Shown here one piece after another: positions 23,852-24,000 of a DNA stretch of 24,000 bases. Below the pieces are notes generated by a model. The model saw only the letters and a list, made by a program, of their open reading frames with translations, was not told where the DNA came from and searched no databases. Within the stretch, counting starts at the first letter, position 1, and each line of letters opens with the position of its first letter. Position numbers and translations under genes: made by a program. This DNA is from Actinocrinis sp. (GTDB taxonomy: Bacteria > Actinomycetota > Actinomycetes > Streptomycetales > Catenulisporaceae). The stretch spans positions 1-24,000 of the forward strand of contig DASZBX010000088.1 in NCBI GenBank assembly GCA_035943635.1, in the 5' to 3' direction.

Positions 23852-24000
23852 TCGCGAGGCTGAACCAGACACTCTTGCCGTCCTCCGTCGGCCGCGTCCC
23901 CCAGTGATCGGTCAACGCCTCGACCAGCAGCAGCCCCCGGCCCGACTCGTCCTCCTCCTCCGCCTGCCGCGGATGCGGGACGATGGTGGCCCGGTCCGTG
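23835..24000 (-). CDS. HATPase_c-type ATP-binding protein (RsbW/SpoIIAB-like serine kinase / anti-sigma factor family), C-terminal end only
   Basis: Absent from the ORF track because its 5' end is outside the window. My minus-strand translation reads ...TDRATIVPHPRQAEEEDESGRGLLLVEALTDHWGTRPTEDGKSVWFSLAIRGAG-stop (stop at 23837..23835). GRGLLLVEAL..WG....GK.VWF.L is the typical C-terminus of this family. Confidence 0.6.
   Translation of the reverse strand, partial: TDRATIVPHPRQAEEEDESGRGLLLVEALTDHWGTRPTEDGKSVWFSLAIRGAG

Noticed and set aside
1-24000. Scan for mobile elements, CRISPR arrays, rRNA/tRNA genes or defence-system genes
   Set aside because: I saw no transposase-, integrase- or recombinase-like ORFs, no regularly spaced direct repeats, and no structured RNA genes. 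The only long repeat is the single 42-bp inverted repeat at 2581..2678. The periodic repeats at 12.1-13.3 kb are the NHL protein repeats.

Overview
High-GC (about 70% or more by eye) actinomycete-type chromosomal window. All family names come from motif recognition by eye; no database search was run. A roughly 17.7 kb minus-strand [NiFe]-hydrogenase supercluster dominates the window (about 20726 down to 2997). In transcription order it encodes: a DUF1641/HucM-like protein, a Tat-signal-less small subunit, the large subunit, a maturation endopeptidase with extra N- and C-terminal regions, an acidic unknown, a TPR-like protein, a NifU+Rieske (HucE-like) protein, a six-bladed NHL-repeat protein, hypF, hypC, a degenerate-SIS::HypC-like fusion, a GmhA-like SIS protein, hypE, a second hypC, hypD, two unknown proteins and a small ORF with a Tat-like leader. 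Most junctions are ATGA/GTGA start-stop overlaps. Four lines of evidence point to a group 2a (Huc / cyanobacterial-uptake type) enzyme: subunit sizes (323/535 aa), the absent Tat signal, the CSGN and QxxC Fe-S ligand variants in the small subunit, and the accessory gene set. The least understood and most interesting parts are the SIS pair, the extra HypC-like modules and the two distal unknowns. Divergent from the cluster lies an AraC-family regulator followed by hypA-hypB. The left flank carries tatA, tatB (no tatC in view), a chaplin-like small secreted protein that ends inside a perfect 42-bp inverted repeat, and two tandem ferritin-like proteins with Tat signals. The right flank carries an HxlR regulator, a 5'-truncated NAD(P)H-binding partner gene and a partial HATPase-type gene. 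I found no rRNA, tRNA, CRISPR array, transposase or integrase.
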